Source: a virus (Duplodnaviria > Caudoviricetes). Taken from it: DNA of 63,365 bases. This document shows, piece by piece, positions 48,901 to 61,598 of the stretch (positions within the stretch are counted from its first letter, which is position 1; each line of letters opens with the position of its first letter). Location of the stretch: the IMG/VR virus record IMGVR_UViG_3300031566_000026, positions 1 through 63,365 of that record, one strand, 5' to 3'. A model generated the notes under the pieces. The model searched no databases. It was given only the letters and a program-made list of their open reading frames with translations, and had not been told where the DNA came from. Both the position numbers and the translations under genes were made by a program.

Positions 48901-50926
48901 AGTCTGGCTCCCGGGGCGGTAGCAGAGCCTCGATGCGATTGGCTCGGTCGAAGTGACGCGCGGCCCTGGCGATGCAGGCAAGGCACAGGCCTTCATTGCC
49001 ACCCTCCCGCGCCAGCACCACAGCGTCGTGGTAGGCTTGCCGCTCGTCCCGCACATCCTCCTCCGTGAACCCGAACTCCTGGCCGAAGAGGCAAAGCGCG
49101 GCGACCCCATGCGGGTCCAGCGTCACGCCAACAGGTTCATCACCGTCAAGGACGGGGAATCCGCCCAACGCTACCCGCGCGTCCGCCCATTCCTGGTCCG
49201 TCAACGCGGGCTTCATGCGTCACCCGACCTAGGCCCGAACCCCGGGAGCCCGGCCGGTGGAGTAGTCGCGTCGGGGCTCACCGCCATGAAGCCAAGCACT
49301 CGCGCCTCGTTCTGCGCCAGCTCCGGCGAAAGGCCCGCCTCGGTCAGGGCCAGGTACGCCTTCGCGTAGGCGGTGGCGTAGGCCTTCACGTTCTCCAGGA
49401 TTGCTCGAGTCACGTCGTTCATGACGAACCGACCTTGGCACGGTACATCGCCATCTCGTACCCGGCCGGCGGTGCCACCTTGCCGGAACCGATGGAGCCC
49501 AGCGCCCGACGGCCGAGCATGAACTGCCGCTTCACCGCTCGCTTCTGCTTCGAGCGCGCCCGCTTCGGGACGGCCGAGCGCCGCTTCTCAACCTTCACGG
49601 GCTTCAGCGGCCACACGTCCCGCCACCGCGATGGCTTGCCTCGATGTTCGGCTGCTCGCTCTTCCTTCGTGCCCCTGCACCGTGCCTCACCCATGATCTC
49701 GCCTCCTGTGCCTACGAGGATGTTGCAGCATCGGAGCCTAACTGTCCAGCCTCGAGGCGGTAGTGGTGCTGTCCCGAGTCGTCGGTCATGAAACGGTAGT
49801 ACCACTCGCCGTTGAGCAACACGCGGTGGCTGTAGCCATCGGGTGCCGGGAACCCCTCCTGCGTCTCCTGACTCGTGCCGTCCAACGGGCCGCCGTGGAA
49901 GACCATCGTGCTCACGACTTCTTCCTCCAGTCCTGCGCTTGTGGGCACGTCGCGAAGTGCGACAGCCAGGTGTCGACGATCACCATCTTGCCCTCGTCGT
50001 TCCGCACGTACCGCTTCTCAGGTGGATGGTCCAGCGGCACTCGGGCACCCTTGAACGTCACCTCCCACACGATGGCCCGCCCGCAACTGTGGCAGGCCTG
50101 AATGTCCAGTGGCCGGTTCGTGTATTGCGTTCTGAACGCACCTCCACCCGGCATGTCCTTGGTCATGGCACCACCTCCCATATGGTTGCGTTGCTGCCGC
50201 TCCGGGTCGGCTTCTGGTGGCCGCTGTCCCGGACCAGCCCCCGGAGCACCAGCTCCCGCCGGCGGGCACTCGCTGTCTGGTGACGCAGCGTGAACATCTC
50301 CTCGATCTCGTCGTCCGTCGCACCACCGACGCGGGTCAGGAACTCGTAGATCATGCGCCGGATCGACTTCGCACCGCCGGCCGCATCCTCGGCTGCAGCC
50401 TCCGACGTCTCGGAACCTTTGACGGCTGGCAGCTTGCCAGCATACGGGTTCTGGACGAACAGGTCGGGTAGGTAGGTTCTCACGGCTTCTCCTCCCTGGG
50501 GGCCACACCAAGAACACGAACCTGCTCCATGATTTCGACCGCTTGCTCATCGTACCACTTCTTCCACCTCTCCCAATGAGCCGCTTCTTCGCTGGGGGCC
50601 ACACCGATACTGCGCTTCACGTCGAGCATCGTGCAGAGAAACGCTACGCCGTACTCTCCGTCGTCTCCCGGGGCCGTCGCCATGTTCGACATCCGCTGGT
50701 AGAGGTCGTTCCAGCGTTCGCGCCACACGTCTCGCGGCTCCTGCGTGCGGGAGCGGAGAGCGCGGCGGACCTTGTAGATGATGCCAGCAGCTTGGTTGTA
50801 ATCATCCGACGAGAGATTGCAGATGGCGTCCTCTAAGTCGTTCACCAGCGCCTCCACGTCCTCCCGTGGTGCGGCGGGCGGCTCGCCCGGGATCAGACTG
50901 CGGCACGTTGGACACACGTAACTCAT
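45959..50926 (-). other. cluster of small early ORFs, including an HExxH protein (46238-46735), three Tat-like-signal ORFs (47723-48848) and a winged-HTH protein (50163-50483)
   Basis: Translationally coupled short ORFs; THEMLH; TDDEIE...SARRRELV motifs. Confidence 0.6.
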
Positions 50927-51318
50927 GGTTTCTCCTTGGGCACCCCGCCCTGGCTCTCGGGGGTGGGCGCGGCACGAACGACTCGCAAGAACAGGCCACG
51001 CTCTTTCGCCTTCGCGATCATGTCACGGGTGCCCGCGCTCTTGCCGTCCCAAATCGCTATCAGGGCGTCGGCCTTGTCGGCCATCGCTGTGTTGCGGATC
51101 GGGCCGGCGGCGCGACCGTGGCGGTTCCAGTCGGCGGGGTATCGTTCTACCGGCAACCCCCTGTCTTGTGCGGCCCTCTCGCCTGCGCGGTCTATCCCGG
51201 CGGCCCCGCCAGACAGCACGACGGTCACGGGCCACGGGGTGTCAGCAAGCGTTTCCACGACAAGCCGCAGCGCTCGGAATTCCTTAATGCTCCGCGAGCC
51301 CGCGATGATCGTTCTCAC
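50923..51318 (-). CDS. DUF2493 / YspA-SLOG family protein
   Basis: IIAGSR, SGGAAGID, YPADW..HGRAAGPIRN, WDGKSAGT motifs. Confidence 0.85.
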   Translation of the reverse strand: MRTIIAGSRSIKEFRALRLVVETLADTPWPVTVVLSGGAAGIDRAGERAAQDRGLPVERYPADWNRHGRAAGPIRNTAMADKADALIAIWDGKSAGTRDMIAKAKERGLFLRVVRAAPTPESQGGVPKEKP

Positions 51319-51704
51319 TTCTTCGTCTCCTCTGTGGGCGCGGCATCGTAGATCCACTGGCGAGCGATCTCGCAGAGGGCCACGAATACCGCGTCCTTGT
51401 CGCGCTCTAGCTGCCCGAGGGCCGCATAGGGAACGAGGTCGGGGTGGATGCGCTTTTCCCGATCGTATGTCTCTCCGTGAGTCCAGCCCATCGCCAGGTA
51501 GGCTTGCATCCACGAACCGTGCAATTCCTCTGGCGAAGCGGATCGCTGCGGCCCGCATTGGCGCTCGATGACGGCTACGAATTGCGCCCTGAAGTCATCC
51601 TCGCGCTCAACCCACAGCACAGGTACTATGGGTGCGCCTGCGGCTTCGGCGGCCAACCTGGCGGCATCGTACACGAATCTCGCCCTGCGTTCGCTGATGC
51701 TCAT
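51315..51704 (-). CDS. RyR-domain protein
   Basis: HGSWM...GWTHGE..D...HPDLVPY..L...KD motif. Confidence 0.8.
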   Translation of the reverse strand: MSISERRARFVYDAARLAAEAAGAPIVPVLWVEREDDFRAQFVAVIERQCGPQRSASPEELHGSWMQAYLAMGWTHGETYDREKRIHPDLVPYAALGQLERDKDAVFVALCEIARQWIYDAAPTEETKK

Positions 51705-52573
51705 TCCGGCTCCTCCTCCCTGGGGGCCACGGGTGCAGAGGACTTGGCTTCGCACTGGTCTGGTCCGCGCTCGGCGTTTCGGATGTACCTGAGAGCGGTT
51801 TCGTGGCGCGACTCGTCGGGGAACTTGGACGCCACCGCGTACAGCAACTCGTGGTACTTTGCCGCCACCGGCTCGGGCTCCACGGGACGGGAGCGGAGCG
51901 CGGCGACAATTGCACTTTCAAGCCACCCAACCCGCTCGGGGCCTTCAATGCCAACGTTTTCGGATTCACACATTGGACAGCGGTACGTTTCCTCTGTGCT
52001 GTCAACAACGTGGAACCGCTCGCATTCGCGGCAAAAGAAGGCCCCGATGTTCCCGTAGAGGGTGTGGAGGTCTACTCCGTCGGCGTGATGTCCACGTAGT
52101 ACGCCTTCCCCGCCTCGAAGAAGCCCGCCAGGGCCTTGTTGGCCACGTTGAACTTCATCTCGCCCCACGGCGTGTAAATCGAGAACGCCCGATCCTCCTT
52201 CGTCAGCGCCTCGTCGTACTGCGTGATCATCTCGATCACCGCTCCGTTCCCGCTGGCCGGATCGCCCTCCACCTTCTGCACCGTGAACTTGCACCGTGCC
52301 GTCTTGATCATTCCCCACCTCGCTCTCTGTTGCCACCAGTTCAGGGTCGGTGGCTTCACCGTTTCTCAGCGCCTCCACGTCCTGCCCGTGGGGCGAGGGG
52401 GCACGACGCTCGCGAACACGGCGCTCACCGGGGCAGTCCTCGACCAGTTCGTCGCAGCGCGAGCAGACCGTCACGGCCTGCTTGGCGCGCCCGATAGCCC
52501 ACACTTCGAGCGTCGTCGGCCCTCCACATTTCGGGCAGTTACCCATCATCTCGCTCCTCCTCGCTGGATGCGC

Positions 52574-53143
52574 TCACGGATGGCACGCGGGGCACTTGGG
52601 GTACGGCTCGCACTTGCCGGAGTGTCCGGCGGCGAGGCGGCAGGGCTGGCGCGCGTCACCGTTCACGGTCAGGCGATTGGGGCACCGCTCCGGCTCCTGG
52701 GCCTCGGGGGGCACGGCGAGCGCACCACACACGTCAGCCACCATCATGGCGAAGTTGGCCACGTCGGCGGCCTCATGGGCGATGTCGTCAGGCCCCAGCT
52801 TGTGAACGGCGACCCCTAACTCCGCGACCTCGCGGAACAGGCAAGCCATGAGCCTGTCCGCAGGGGCCGCTTTCCATCCCGCCATGCCCTTCTCGGCGTC
52901 GTTGGCTCGCAGCCGTTCCTCCATGAGCGTGGCGAATGCCCGCACCTCGGGTCGCCACGCCACCGGCTCCCCCACGGGCTCGGCACGACGGAGCATCTTG
53001 TATCCCTCGCTCTCCTTCACGATCAGGTCGGTGATCCGCTTCCCGCGCGTCGCGACCGTCAGGGGCGCCTCGCCGTTAAAGGTCAGCACGTCGGCGACGA
53101 TCACGGCAACAGCCTCCTTGATCCTCTCGCGCTCACTCGTCAT
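52574..53143 (-). CDS. MazG-like nucleotide pyrophosphohydrolase domain protein
   Basis: EVAEL...EAADVANFAMM motif. Confidence 0.65.
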   Translation of the reverse strand: MTSERERIKEAVAVIVADVLTFNGEAPLTVATRGKRITDLIVKESEGYKMLRRAEPVGEPVAWRPEVRAFATLMEERLRANDAEKGMAGWKAAPADRLMACLFREVAELGVAVHKLGPDDIAHEAADVANFAMMVADVCGALAVPPEAQEPERCPNRLTVNGDARQPCRLAAGHSGKCEPYPKCPACHP

Positions 53144-53172
53144 GGTCCCCTCCGTTGCATTGCTAAGGCTTT

Positions 53173-54396
53173 TCATGCGGCCCCCAGGTCTAGGACTTCC
53201 TGGGAACAACGACGCGCCGCGATCTCACAGTACCGTTCTTCGATCTCAATCCCGATGGCCTTCCGGCCGAGGTTCTTCGCGGCTACCAGCGTGGTGCCGC
53301 TGCCCATGAAGGGGTCGAGCACCGTTCCACCCGTGGGGGTGGCGGTGAGCCGACAGAGCCACGCCATGAGGTCGGACGGCTTCACGGTCGGGTGGCTGTT
53401 GCCCTCGCCCCGGTCGGAGCGTGAGGCTTTCGCGGTGTAGAAGAAGCGGGAGGCGCCGCCGGAGTCTGCGGGGCCGTGCCAGGCCGTCCGCACCATCTGC
53501 GTAGTGTACGAATCTTGGGCGTATGCGTTCGTGGACCCGCGCGCGGATCCTGGGTCGCGCGTGCCCCGGTTTTCCCCACAGGGGCTCTGCTCATCCAGCA
53601 GCCGCGCCGCGTCCTCGTCTAGCACGAGGTTCGCGGGCCAGCGACCAGTGGGGGTCCGTCCATCATGCCACGAGGTCGGCTTGTGCCCGCCGGCATAACC
53701 CGGCGTCCCGGTGCTCATTCCTGACCTGCTCACCTCCGCGTCGGTCATCATCCCAATCCTGCACCCGTCCACGTTGAGCCCCGCCACGCCATGCGCCAGC
53801 GCGTTCTCAGCGAACGTCCCGGCCAGCGGCTTCATGGCGAGGACGATGATTTCCCATGAGGGCTTCAGCGCCGTGCCCCAGCCATGCCAGAGGCGAGCGG
53901 CGTCGGTGGCGGGGGCGGTAATCGGAATGTCGCCGGGACGAAAACCCATTCCCTCGCCGTCAGTGCGATCATTCGCGCCAAACGTCTCGCGATCAGGAGT
54001 GCAACCGGTTATCCGCTTAACGCCAACCTGTTCCCGAACCGCCCCCGCCGCCTTGTCCAGCGACTTCGAGATGTCGAGCGACTTCGGGAACCCCGACCCG
54101 TAGAGCCACATGAGGCAGTCGCGGATCTCAAGCCCCGCGTCCTCCATCGCCACCATGAGCCGGTGATGCGTGCGCGTCCCACCGAACGCCAGGCACATAG
54201 CGCCGGGCAGGAGCGCGTCCGCGATCAGCCGCCAGAAGTGTTCACCCGGTACGCCGTGGTCCCAATCCTTGCCCATGAAGCCCAGGCCGTAGGGCGGATC
54301 GGTGATGCACGTCTCCACGGGGGCGAGCGTCGGGAGAACCTCCCGGCAGTCCCCGTGGAAAATCGTCACCGAGCCGTCCGAGTAGTAGGGCGTCAT
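53173..54396 (-). CDS. N6/N4 DNA methyltransferase
   Basis: [32 protein letters not shown] motifs. Confidence 0.9.
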   Translation of the reverse strand: MTPYYSDGSVTIFHGDCREVLPTLAPVETCITDPPYGLGFMGKDWDHGVPGEHFWRLIADALLPGAMCLAFGGTRTHHRLMVAMEDAGLEIRDCLMWLYGSGFPKSLDISKSLDKAAGAVREQVGVKRITGCTPDRETFGANDRTDGEGMGFRPGDIPITAPATDAARLWHGWGTALKPSWEIIVLAMKPLAGTFAENALAHGVAGLNVDGCRIGMMTDAEVSRSGMSTGTPGYAGGHKPTSWHDGRTPTGRWPANLVLDEDAARLLDEQSPCGENRGTRDPGSARGSTNAYAQDSYTTQMVRTAWHGPADSGGASRFFYTAKASRSDRGEGNSHPTVKPSDLMAWLCRLTATPTGGTVLDPFMGSGTTLVAAKNLGRKAIGIEIEERYCEIAARRCSQEVLDLGAA

Positions 54397-54905
54397 GGCT
54401 TGGCACGTATCAACAATCGTGCGGGCCTCCACGAGGATACCGCTCCCTTTGTGATGTCCGTTCGGAATCGGTAGTTTCTTCCGTGCGTCGTGTCCGACCC
54501 TACGTACCGGGCGAATCCATCCACGACTTCCTCATGGCGGCGGGCCTCGCGTGATTCACAGGCAGGAGAGTCGCTGCCGATCTCCAGAGCCTTGGGGCTC
54601 GAACCACCCAAGGTTGACATCTCTCCGGTGCCTTTCGGCTGTCCGGTACCAGGGTGCGCGCTCGTACCCGCCGCCAGTTCTTCGCCATCGCCGTAGAAGT
54701 GCCCCCACCACGAATCGAAATACTCACGGTTAGGCTCGCCGCTGCCCTGAAAGATGAGCGCCGCCTGCCACGTCTCCCATGCGAGTCCCTCGATTCTCTC
54801 GGTGGGCCATTCCTCTCGGGGTGAACCATGAAGTGGGCAAACAGGGGAGACGCGAATGCACACGGCCTCATCCCACTGACACAGACAGCCATCGTCTTCG
54901 GGCAT
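54393..54905 (-). CDS. hypothetical protein carrying in-frame element copy 1
   Basis: Coupled at both ends; contains [15 protein letters not shown]...REARRH. Confidence 0.6.
   Translation of the reverse strand: MPEDDGCLCQWDEAVCIRVSPVCPLHGSPREEWPTERIEGLAWETWQAALIFQGSGEPNREYFDSWWGHFYGDGEELAAGTSAHPGTGQPKGTGEMSTLGGSSPKALEIGSDSPACESREARRHEEVVDGFARYVGSDTTHGRNYRFRTDITKGAVSSWRPARLLIRAKP
54535..54676. repeat. 142-bp structured element, copy 1
   Basis: 10-bp terminal inverted repeat TGGCGGCGGG/CCCGCCGCCA; 13 mismatches to copy 2. Confidence 0.92.
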
Positions 54906-56054
54906 CACAGCTTTCTCTCCTTGAGTGCAGCGGCGAGGAAAGGCTTGGCCCTCTGCGACCAATCTGCCCAGTCGTCAATCATCGCATTCAGCCTGGCGTT
55001 CTCTTGCGTCAGGCGTCTGATCTCCTTCATGGCCGCACCGTTCGCCTCGAAAACTTCCCCTTCCTGTTCTCCCACAACACCTCCTTGGCTCTCAAGGGGG
55101 AGCCAAGTACGACCAGTTAATGCGTCGTCATGCAACCCTTCGTGTCCCCTCGGCAGACAGCAACGGGTCGCACCGTCAGGACCTACCGCGCCACACTGGA
55201 CGTATGCAGGTGCTTCCTTGCTCTTGGTCCTAGCACGTTTGCCCTCGAACGGGCGGTAGATCGTGTTGTTGTCGGGCTCGCGGAGAAGTTCACGGACGGC
55301 ATCAATCCTATCCGCGAACTGGCGGCACCCGACTGCGGTAAGGCCGTCGGCGTTCTCTGCTCCGTAGTATATCTCGTGGGCGATGTCCCTGAGTGCTAAC
55401 CGAGCATCATCATTTGCGCTCATTAGGTACCTCCCCTTGACCGGCGGGCATGGTCTGTTCCATTGACGTATCCCCAAAAGCAGCCGAGTGCGAAAACCAC
55501 AACGCACACAAGAAAGAACCGCTGTTCAATGCTCATCTTCCCTCGTCGGCGTAAGGTTGGCGGCGCGGATCGCATGGCGACGCCGAGCGGCGAACTCCTC
55601 CTCCTCTGTGACACGCGCCACGAAAAACAACTGCGTCTCCCCGTCCGGGTACTCGCCGTGCTTGGACCTGTACCACCTTGCCCACTCCTTTCGGCGTTGA
55701 GACACTGCCTCGTGAACCCCAGGCGACTCGTATTCGACTTGGCAGCCGCCCGTGCCGCATAAGAAGTGGGGCACCGACCCCGGGGGTGGCTCGTTCATGG
55801 ATTCTCTTCCTCGCTAGAGGTTGCACACAGATCAGCGATACCTTTCTGCATACAGCGCAAGGCTACGGATTCCGCCTTTGCGACTGCCACCTCAAACGTG
55901 TTGAATCGCTGCTTGAGCCGTTTGTCGCCAACACAGGCGACATAGGGGGGATCGTCCGATCCCTTCGGGCGGGTATTGTCCCAACTCACAGATAGGCGGG
56001 TTCCACCGTCCAGGGTGCGCCTCCACGTCGCGTACCTGCCCTCGATCCATTCGC

Positions 56055-56417
56055 TCATGGCTTTTTTTCCAGGAGGGAAGCCAAAACCGGCCTGGCTCGT
56101 GCCGCCCACTCGTTCCAGTCGTCTACCAATTCCCTGAGTTCTGCGGCCTTGTGTAGCATGGCAACCACCTTGTCCGTGGCAAAGACGCGGCAACCGTTAG
56201 CTGTTTCTTCTAGCCGCACGCAAGACACCTTGTCGGCCATCTCCCGGTACTCCGCTGCGGAATGGCGGCGGGCCTCCCGTGATCCACAGGTAGGAGACTT
56301 GCTGCCGATCTCCAGAGCTTCGGGGCTCGGACCACCCAAAGTTGACATCTCTCCGGTGCCTTTCGGCTGTCCGGTGCCAGGGTGCGCGGTTGCACCCGCC
56401 GCCATCTTCTCGCTCAT
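56055..56417 (-). CDS. hypothetical protein carrying in-frame element copy 2
   Basis: SD AAGGAGG; [20 protein letters not shown]...REARRHSAAEYREMAD. Confidence 0.6.
   Translation of the reverse strand: MSEKMAAGATAHPGTGQPKGTGEMSTLGGPSPEALEIGSKSPTCGSREARRHSAAEYREMADKVSCVRLEETANGCRVFATDKVVAMLHKAAELRELVDDWNEWAARARPVLASLLEKKP
56263..56404. repeat. 142-bp structured element, copy 2
   Basis: Same length and inverted repeat as copy 1; ungapped alignment. Confidence 0.92.
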
Positions 56418-56497
56418 CTCTTCCCTCCTTCGGGCTTCAAAGACGGCCGTGATCGGCCCCATGCCGCAGTAAGGACAAGCCCCATCCTCCGGTGCCG

Positions 56498-59400
56498 CTA
56501 TGCGCTCGAACTCGCACTTACATTGCTCGCAGGTGAAGTGCTTCCTTCGGGCTCCACGGGAGGCACGGGCTGATAGCCACAAGTGCAGTCACCGTGATTG
56601 CCCATGTCCGGGTGGTCGGCGAAGCACGGACAGTCCTCGGCGTGCCATTCGGGCTCACCCGTGAGCGGCCACGTCTTGCGCGGCTCCCGGCTGGCTTCCG
56701 GGGGTGAGGCGGCGAGCGCAGCACGATGCAGTGAGCCCCACGCCATGTACAGTGCGGCTGCGCGGCATTCGTCGCCCTCGTCTCGCAGTTCCGTCGCCAC
56801 GTCGTAGAGCGAGGTCAGTGCCATGCTCACTTCCGGCTCCCGCTCCACGCTCCCGGCGAGGGCGGCACGAACCTCATCCAGCAGGTTCGCCATCGCCATG
56901 ATCCCGGCGCACGCCACCACTTCGCCCGTGATTGGCCTGTCGGGCAATAGCTTGGCCGCCTTGCGGGTGGCGTCGGCAAGCTCACCCATCTTGCGGGCGA
57001 GGTATTCGGTTCGCGTCTCCCGCTCTCTCTCGCTCCCCGTGGGGAGCCCGTCAGTCGTCACCTTGTCCACGTGTATGGCTCCGGTTCGTGGTCGTGATAG
57101 ATAACCCCGTAACTCGTGCCGATCATCCCGGCTTCGTCCTTCGCCCACCGTAGGAGGTCCATACCATTCCGCTCGGCCTCCTCTCGCGTGTCTCCACAGA
57201 ACACAGCCAACCGCCACGGGCCATTGTCATCGCGGAACTCGCCGCAATAGCCGTCCGCGTCGTTGCCCCACACGTAGCGGTGGAGCTGTTCGGGGATGCG
57301 AAGCGGGACCCAGAACTCGTAGCACTCCTTGGCGTAGCGGCGCGGAACCAGATGCGGACGCAACCCGCGCTCCCACGCGGTCGAAAAGACCCATTGCCAG
57401 AAGTAGTACCACACCCTCCCGTACCACCGGGTATCCGCCCATCCCTCGCCCCAGAAGGCGTACTCGATGGCGAACCGCCACGGATGCACAGGACCGGGGA
57501 GCCCGCTGGGGGTGGTCATGTGGCCGCATCCTTGTCCTTGGCGATGAACTCAACGCCGGACACAAGGCCCGTCTGCGGCGTGAACACGAACGAAGGCGCC
57601 CACCCCGAGCGGCAGAACGCATCGGCCTGTTCGCGGGTGAGCGGCCCCTTGCCCCAGAAGTCCTGGTGCGCGCTCAGCCACTCGGCCAACGCTTCAAGGC
57701 TGGGCATCGGCGGGGACAGCGGCGTGCCCTCGCTCACCGTCTCGTAGTACTGGTAGTGGGTCGCCTCGCCGTCCTTCCACTCGGGGCGGTGATACTCCGG
57801 GCGCGGCGGCCCACCTTCGTCCTCCAGAAACTCGGCCCGCTTCTCCGGCGTGTCGCACGCCTGCCAGCGTGTCTGCCAGTCGGCCATCTCTGAAGCAAAG
57901 TCGCTGTCATGCAGTGGGCGGTACTCACCTTCGCTGGTGCCATACCCATTACTGAGACTCCAGCGCGGAACCGCGTCGTACTTCGTGTAGCGTGGGTGCT
58001 CCCACCCTTCCGGTACTCTTCGGATCTCTCGTCCCATCGTCGTTCTCCTCCCCCTACCGGGGGCGCGTGGGGTCAGAATAGCCTGTCCACTTCCCCTGCT
58101 TTTCGCGCGCCTTCTGCTGGCATTGGGGGCACGCTGACTGATCTCCTGCGTAGTGGCCGTAAACCTTGTACGGCTCGCCACAAATCGGGCACTTCACCGT
58201 TCGCTCGCGTCCATCCTCACTCCTCCCTCGCGGCACGCAGCCGCCGTGCGATCTCACGCAGTAGGTAGCCGGGGGTGCAGAGTTGCAGGGGACCGAGGTA
58301 GCGTTGAAGGTCTGGCTGCCCGTCGAACCATTCGGCCCACGCCTCCAGGGCTTCCGGGGTGGGCTCGCCCCCACCACCCGGGGCACGCTCAGGCGTACCC
58401 GACTCACGGCACACAGTAGGCGTACCGCTAGGTGATGCCCCCTGCTCCACGGGAGGGGGTAGGGGCTGAATGTTGTCCCAGGTCGGAATGAGATGACCGA
58501 CTGGCTCCTGGGCCTCGGGGGCAGAGTAGTCGGCGCAAAAGCAGAACCGATCATCCACACCATGCCCGAGCCTGCCGGGCCTCCCGCTCACGGAGCAGAG
58601 CGTTCCGTCCTCGTCCAGCATCATCGGCGTGTCACCACGAGCGCATCCGGGGCACGGCCTCTTGCTGCGCGGGTCCACGGAGTCGGCTTTCGCATCCTGC
58701 CAGCCGCGCACGTAGTCCTCGTTGTCCCAATCGTCCTCGGGCGGCTCCTGGGCCTCAGGGGCAGCGGGAGGGGCGGGAACGAGTGCCTGCTTTTCCCAGG
58801 TGCGCCCAGCACTGTGCCCCGTAGTCGAGAACCAGGGCTCACAATCAGTAGTCTCCCACTTCCCAAGCCGTCCTCCAGTCGTTTCCCTCCAACGCCACAG
58901 CACCGGCTCCTCCACGGGCTCGGAGCGGAGCAGGGCGGCAACATCCTCTAGCCAGTTCGCCATGCCCATGATCCCGGCGCACGCCACCACCTCGGCAGAC
59001 ACGGGGGCGTCAGGCAGTCGCTTTGCAGCCTCGCGCACGGCTTCCGCCAGGGACAGCAAGCGCTTGATGTGACGCTCGTGCTCAGTCTTCATGGCACCTC
59101 CGCCGTGAACTTGGTCCTGACGCAGTGGACTTCACCAGCGCGATGTCGCTTATTCCACTCGCTGGGGTCGCCCATGTGGTCCTTCCACGCCCCGATACTA
59201 CCCGCTAGGGAGGGGCGAGCCGTGAACGGCAGCGAGCACCATTCACCGCCGTTACGGAACCACACGCACCAGTTCCACTCAGTCCCTTTCATGGTCCCCT
59301 CCCTCGCCGCTCCCCCGTCAGGCTTTGTCATCGATAATACTCCTCCCTGATCTCCTCGAACTCAGCATCCAGGATGGCACGTTCGATTGCGCCCCACCGG

Positions 59401-60965
59401 ATATAGAATTGGCCACCCTGAGCAAGTACGTAGCGCGGATCATCATTGGCGGTGGCGAGCAGGACCGTGTTGACACGCTTCTTTAGCTCCTCCACCGGGA
59501 CGACCACCATGCTCCCGTCGCCGGGGACCAGGAGGACATCGGCACCGAGCATCAGCTTACAGAAGTCATCCTGTGCGCGAACCGTAACTACGTGGCCAAG
59601 GGGTCCACTTTCTTCGCAGACGACCCAGCCCTTCACGATGCTGCTCATTTGCCCTCCAGTATCAGAAGCACGGGATATCTAGCGCGCCCGGCCCAATCAT
59701 GGGGGCCGATTGTGCCCGTCTCTACCACGTACTGCGGGTGGACGTGCTCGCTTCCGCTTGGCAACCCGATGCCCTCCACGCACTCCGCCTTCTCCATGTC
59801 GGCCAAGACGGCGGCGAGATCGTCACGCACCCACTTTTCTAGGCACGGGCCATCGGGATAGGACGTGGCATTTACGCTATTCGCTAGCGCATCCTGCATC
59901 GCTTCCTTGACTCTCTCCCACAGGTTCATGGTCATTTACCCTCCCCAGCCTGCTCACCACGTCCATCCGTCATCACGCCGATCAGCTTCGCGCACTTCCC
60001 GCATAGGTGGGCCCGCGCGTCGGACGGCAGCGCCACCAGGCCGATCTTGCTGTAGTGGAACCCCGTGATCTCGTCCTTCGACCGGCAGGCGGGCGTCCAG
60101 CCACTCCGCGCCAGGTGGTACTTGCCGCGCCGGCCGTGCAGCACCACCAAATCTTCCGTCTCTATGTTCCCGCGCCACGTGAACGTCACCCGCCCGCGAA
60201 GCATCTCCTCCAGTTCCACCCTCTCGGACGTGTAGCCCAGGAAGCAGCGCGCCCAGCCCTCCTCTGTGTCGAACTCCATCACGCCTTTCAGCGGATGCCC
60301 GTCCAGGAATACGTCCTTCACGTGGTTGCCCGGGAACTCATCGGGCCGCAGGCGGGGCATCTAGTCGCCTTCCTTCGGCCGATAGAGTGCCGCCATGTGG
60401 ACGCGTTGTTCCCACTCGGAGATACGTTTCTGCGGCGGCCCACAACCGGGCTGTTGTTCGGGTCCGGCCTTCTGCCCCCGTTCCCGCCAGCGATCCGCTA
60501 CGTCCCACCAGCCCAACACGATGAACGGCAGCAGCGCCAGGATCGCCACCACGATCAGCGCGTAGATCAGCCAAGTCAGCATCATCCGCCCTCCTTCTGG
60601 TGCGCAGGGTCACCGTACTTTGCCTTCAGGCGCGCGTATTCCTCACGGTCGGATTTCTCTGTCCGAGCTGCGTGTTCGGCCGCCTCCGATGCTTCTGCCC
60701 TCAAGGCGTCCCCCTCAGTGCAAATACCAAACGGGATCAGGCGCCGAATAGCCCAGGAAGAGTGGACATCCGGCGGGATAAAGACACCCGGGTTCCTCGG
60801 GTCAGCCCCTACCTCTCCCCACATAAAGGTGAACGTACCGTCAGTGAAGGTGATGGCGGCGACTTGTCGCGCGCCCTGATAGTCTGACAGTGGAGCGAAG
60901 GGTAGCGGACCGATCACGGCTTCTACGGTCTTCCCAACAAAGTCTGCTCCCACGTATGTCCTCAT
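56498..60965 (-). other. cluster of modular early hypothetical ORFs
   Basis: Coupled ORFs, e.g. 57516-58037 (MGREIRRVP..WEHP family) and 58217-59092; shared linker motifs. Confidence 0.6.
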
Positions 60966-60974
60966 TCCCCCTCC

Positions 60975-61598
60975 TCAGTCGTTGACCCGCGCGAGTACCC
61001 GCTGCGCGTATAGCTCGCAGCCTGGCTTGCTCACACACCCGCTGTATCCGTCCAGTGCCTGCTCCAGCGCACGCCGCAGAGCACGCCCGAAGTACAGCCG
61101 GTAGATATCGGCTCCATAACACACGCTGACGGGGCCAGCGGTCAGATCGTCCGATCCGCACGCCACGCGGTGCCGACCGCCAGCTACGGCGTGGAAAGGC
61201 ATGACCTGCATCCAGCCGACAGCGCCGGCATAGCTCGTGGTGTCGGGGACCAGCCACGGGTTCTCCTCCTGCATGATGCTGGCGAACAGGCGCGGCCTCA
61301 TATCCCGCTTCTCACCTTCCAGCACCAAGGCCCACGCAGCTACCCGTGCCATCCAGGGGTCCCGCACCCGGCCAGTCTTCAGCAGCGCGTACTCGAGCGG
61401 GAAGACGTCACGCACGTACTTGCGGATCACCTCGTCGCCTGTGTCCTGGAGCACCTGCGCCCTCCGCTTCATCGCCGCAACCTGCACCATCGGGTCAGGC
61501 TCCACGCGCTCCCGTCCCCACAGTTGAGGCGTAGGCGGAGCCAGGTAAACCGCTCCGGCCACTAGCGCCGCAGCCAGGATCGTTCGGATGATCGTCAT
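60975..61598 (-). CDS. SLT-like lytic transglycosylase with N-terminal signal/TM
   Basis: IMQEEN...SYAGAVGWMQVMP...GADIY...ALDGYSG motifs. Confidence 0.75.
   Translation of the reverse strand: MTIIRTILAAALVAGAVYLAPPTPQLWGRERVEPDPMVQVAAMKRRAQVLQDTGDEVIRKYVRDVFPLEYALLKTGRVRDPWMARVAAWALVLEGEKRDMRPRLFASIMQEENPWLVPDTTSYAGAVGWMQVMPFHAVAGGRHRVACGSDDLTAGPVSVCYGADIYRLYFGRALRRALEQALDGYSGCVSKPGCELYAQRVLARVND

Noticed and set aside
54535-56404. DGR or CRISPR interpretation of the 142-bp repeats
   Set aside because: Mismatches are not adenine-specific; only two copies 1.7 kb apart; no spacer pattern or cas genes
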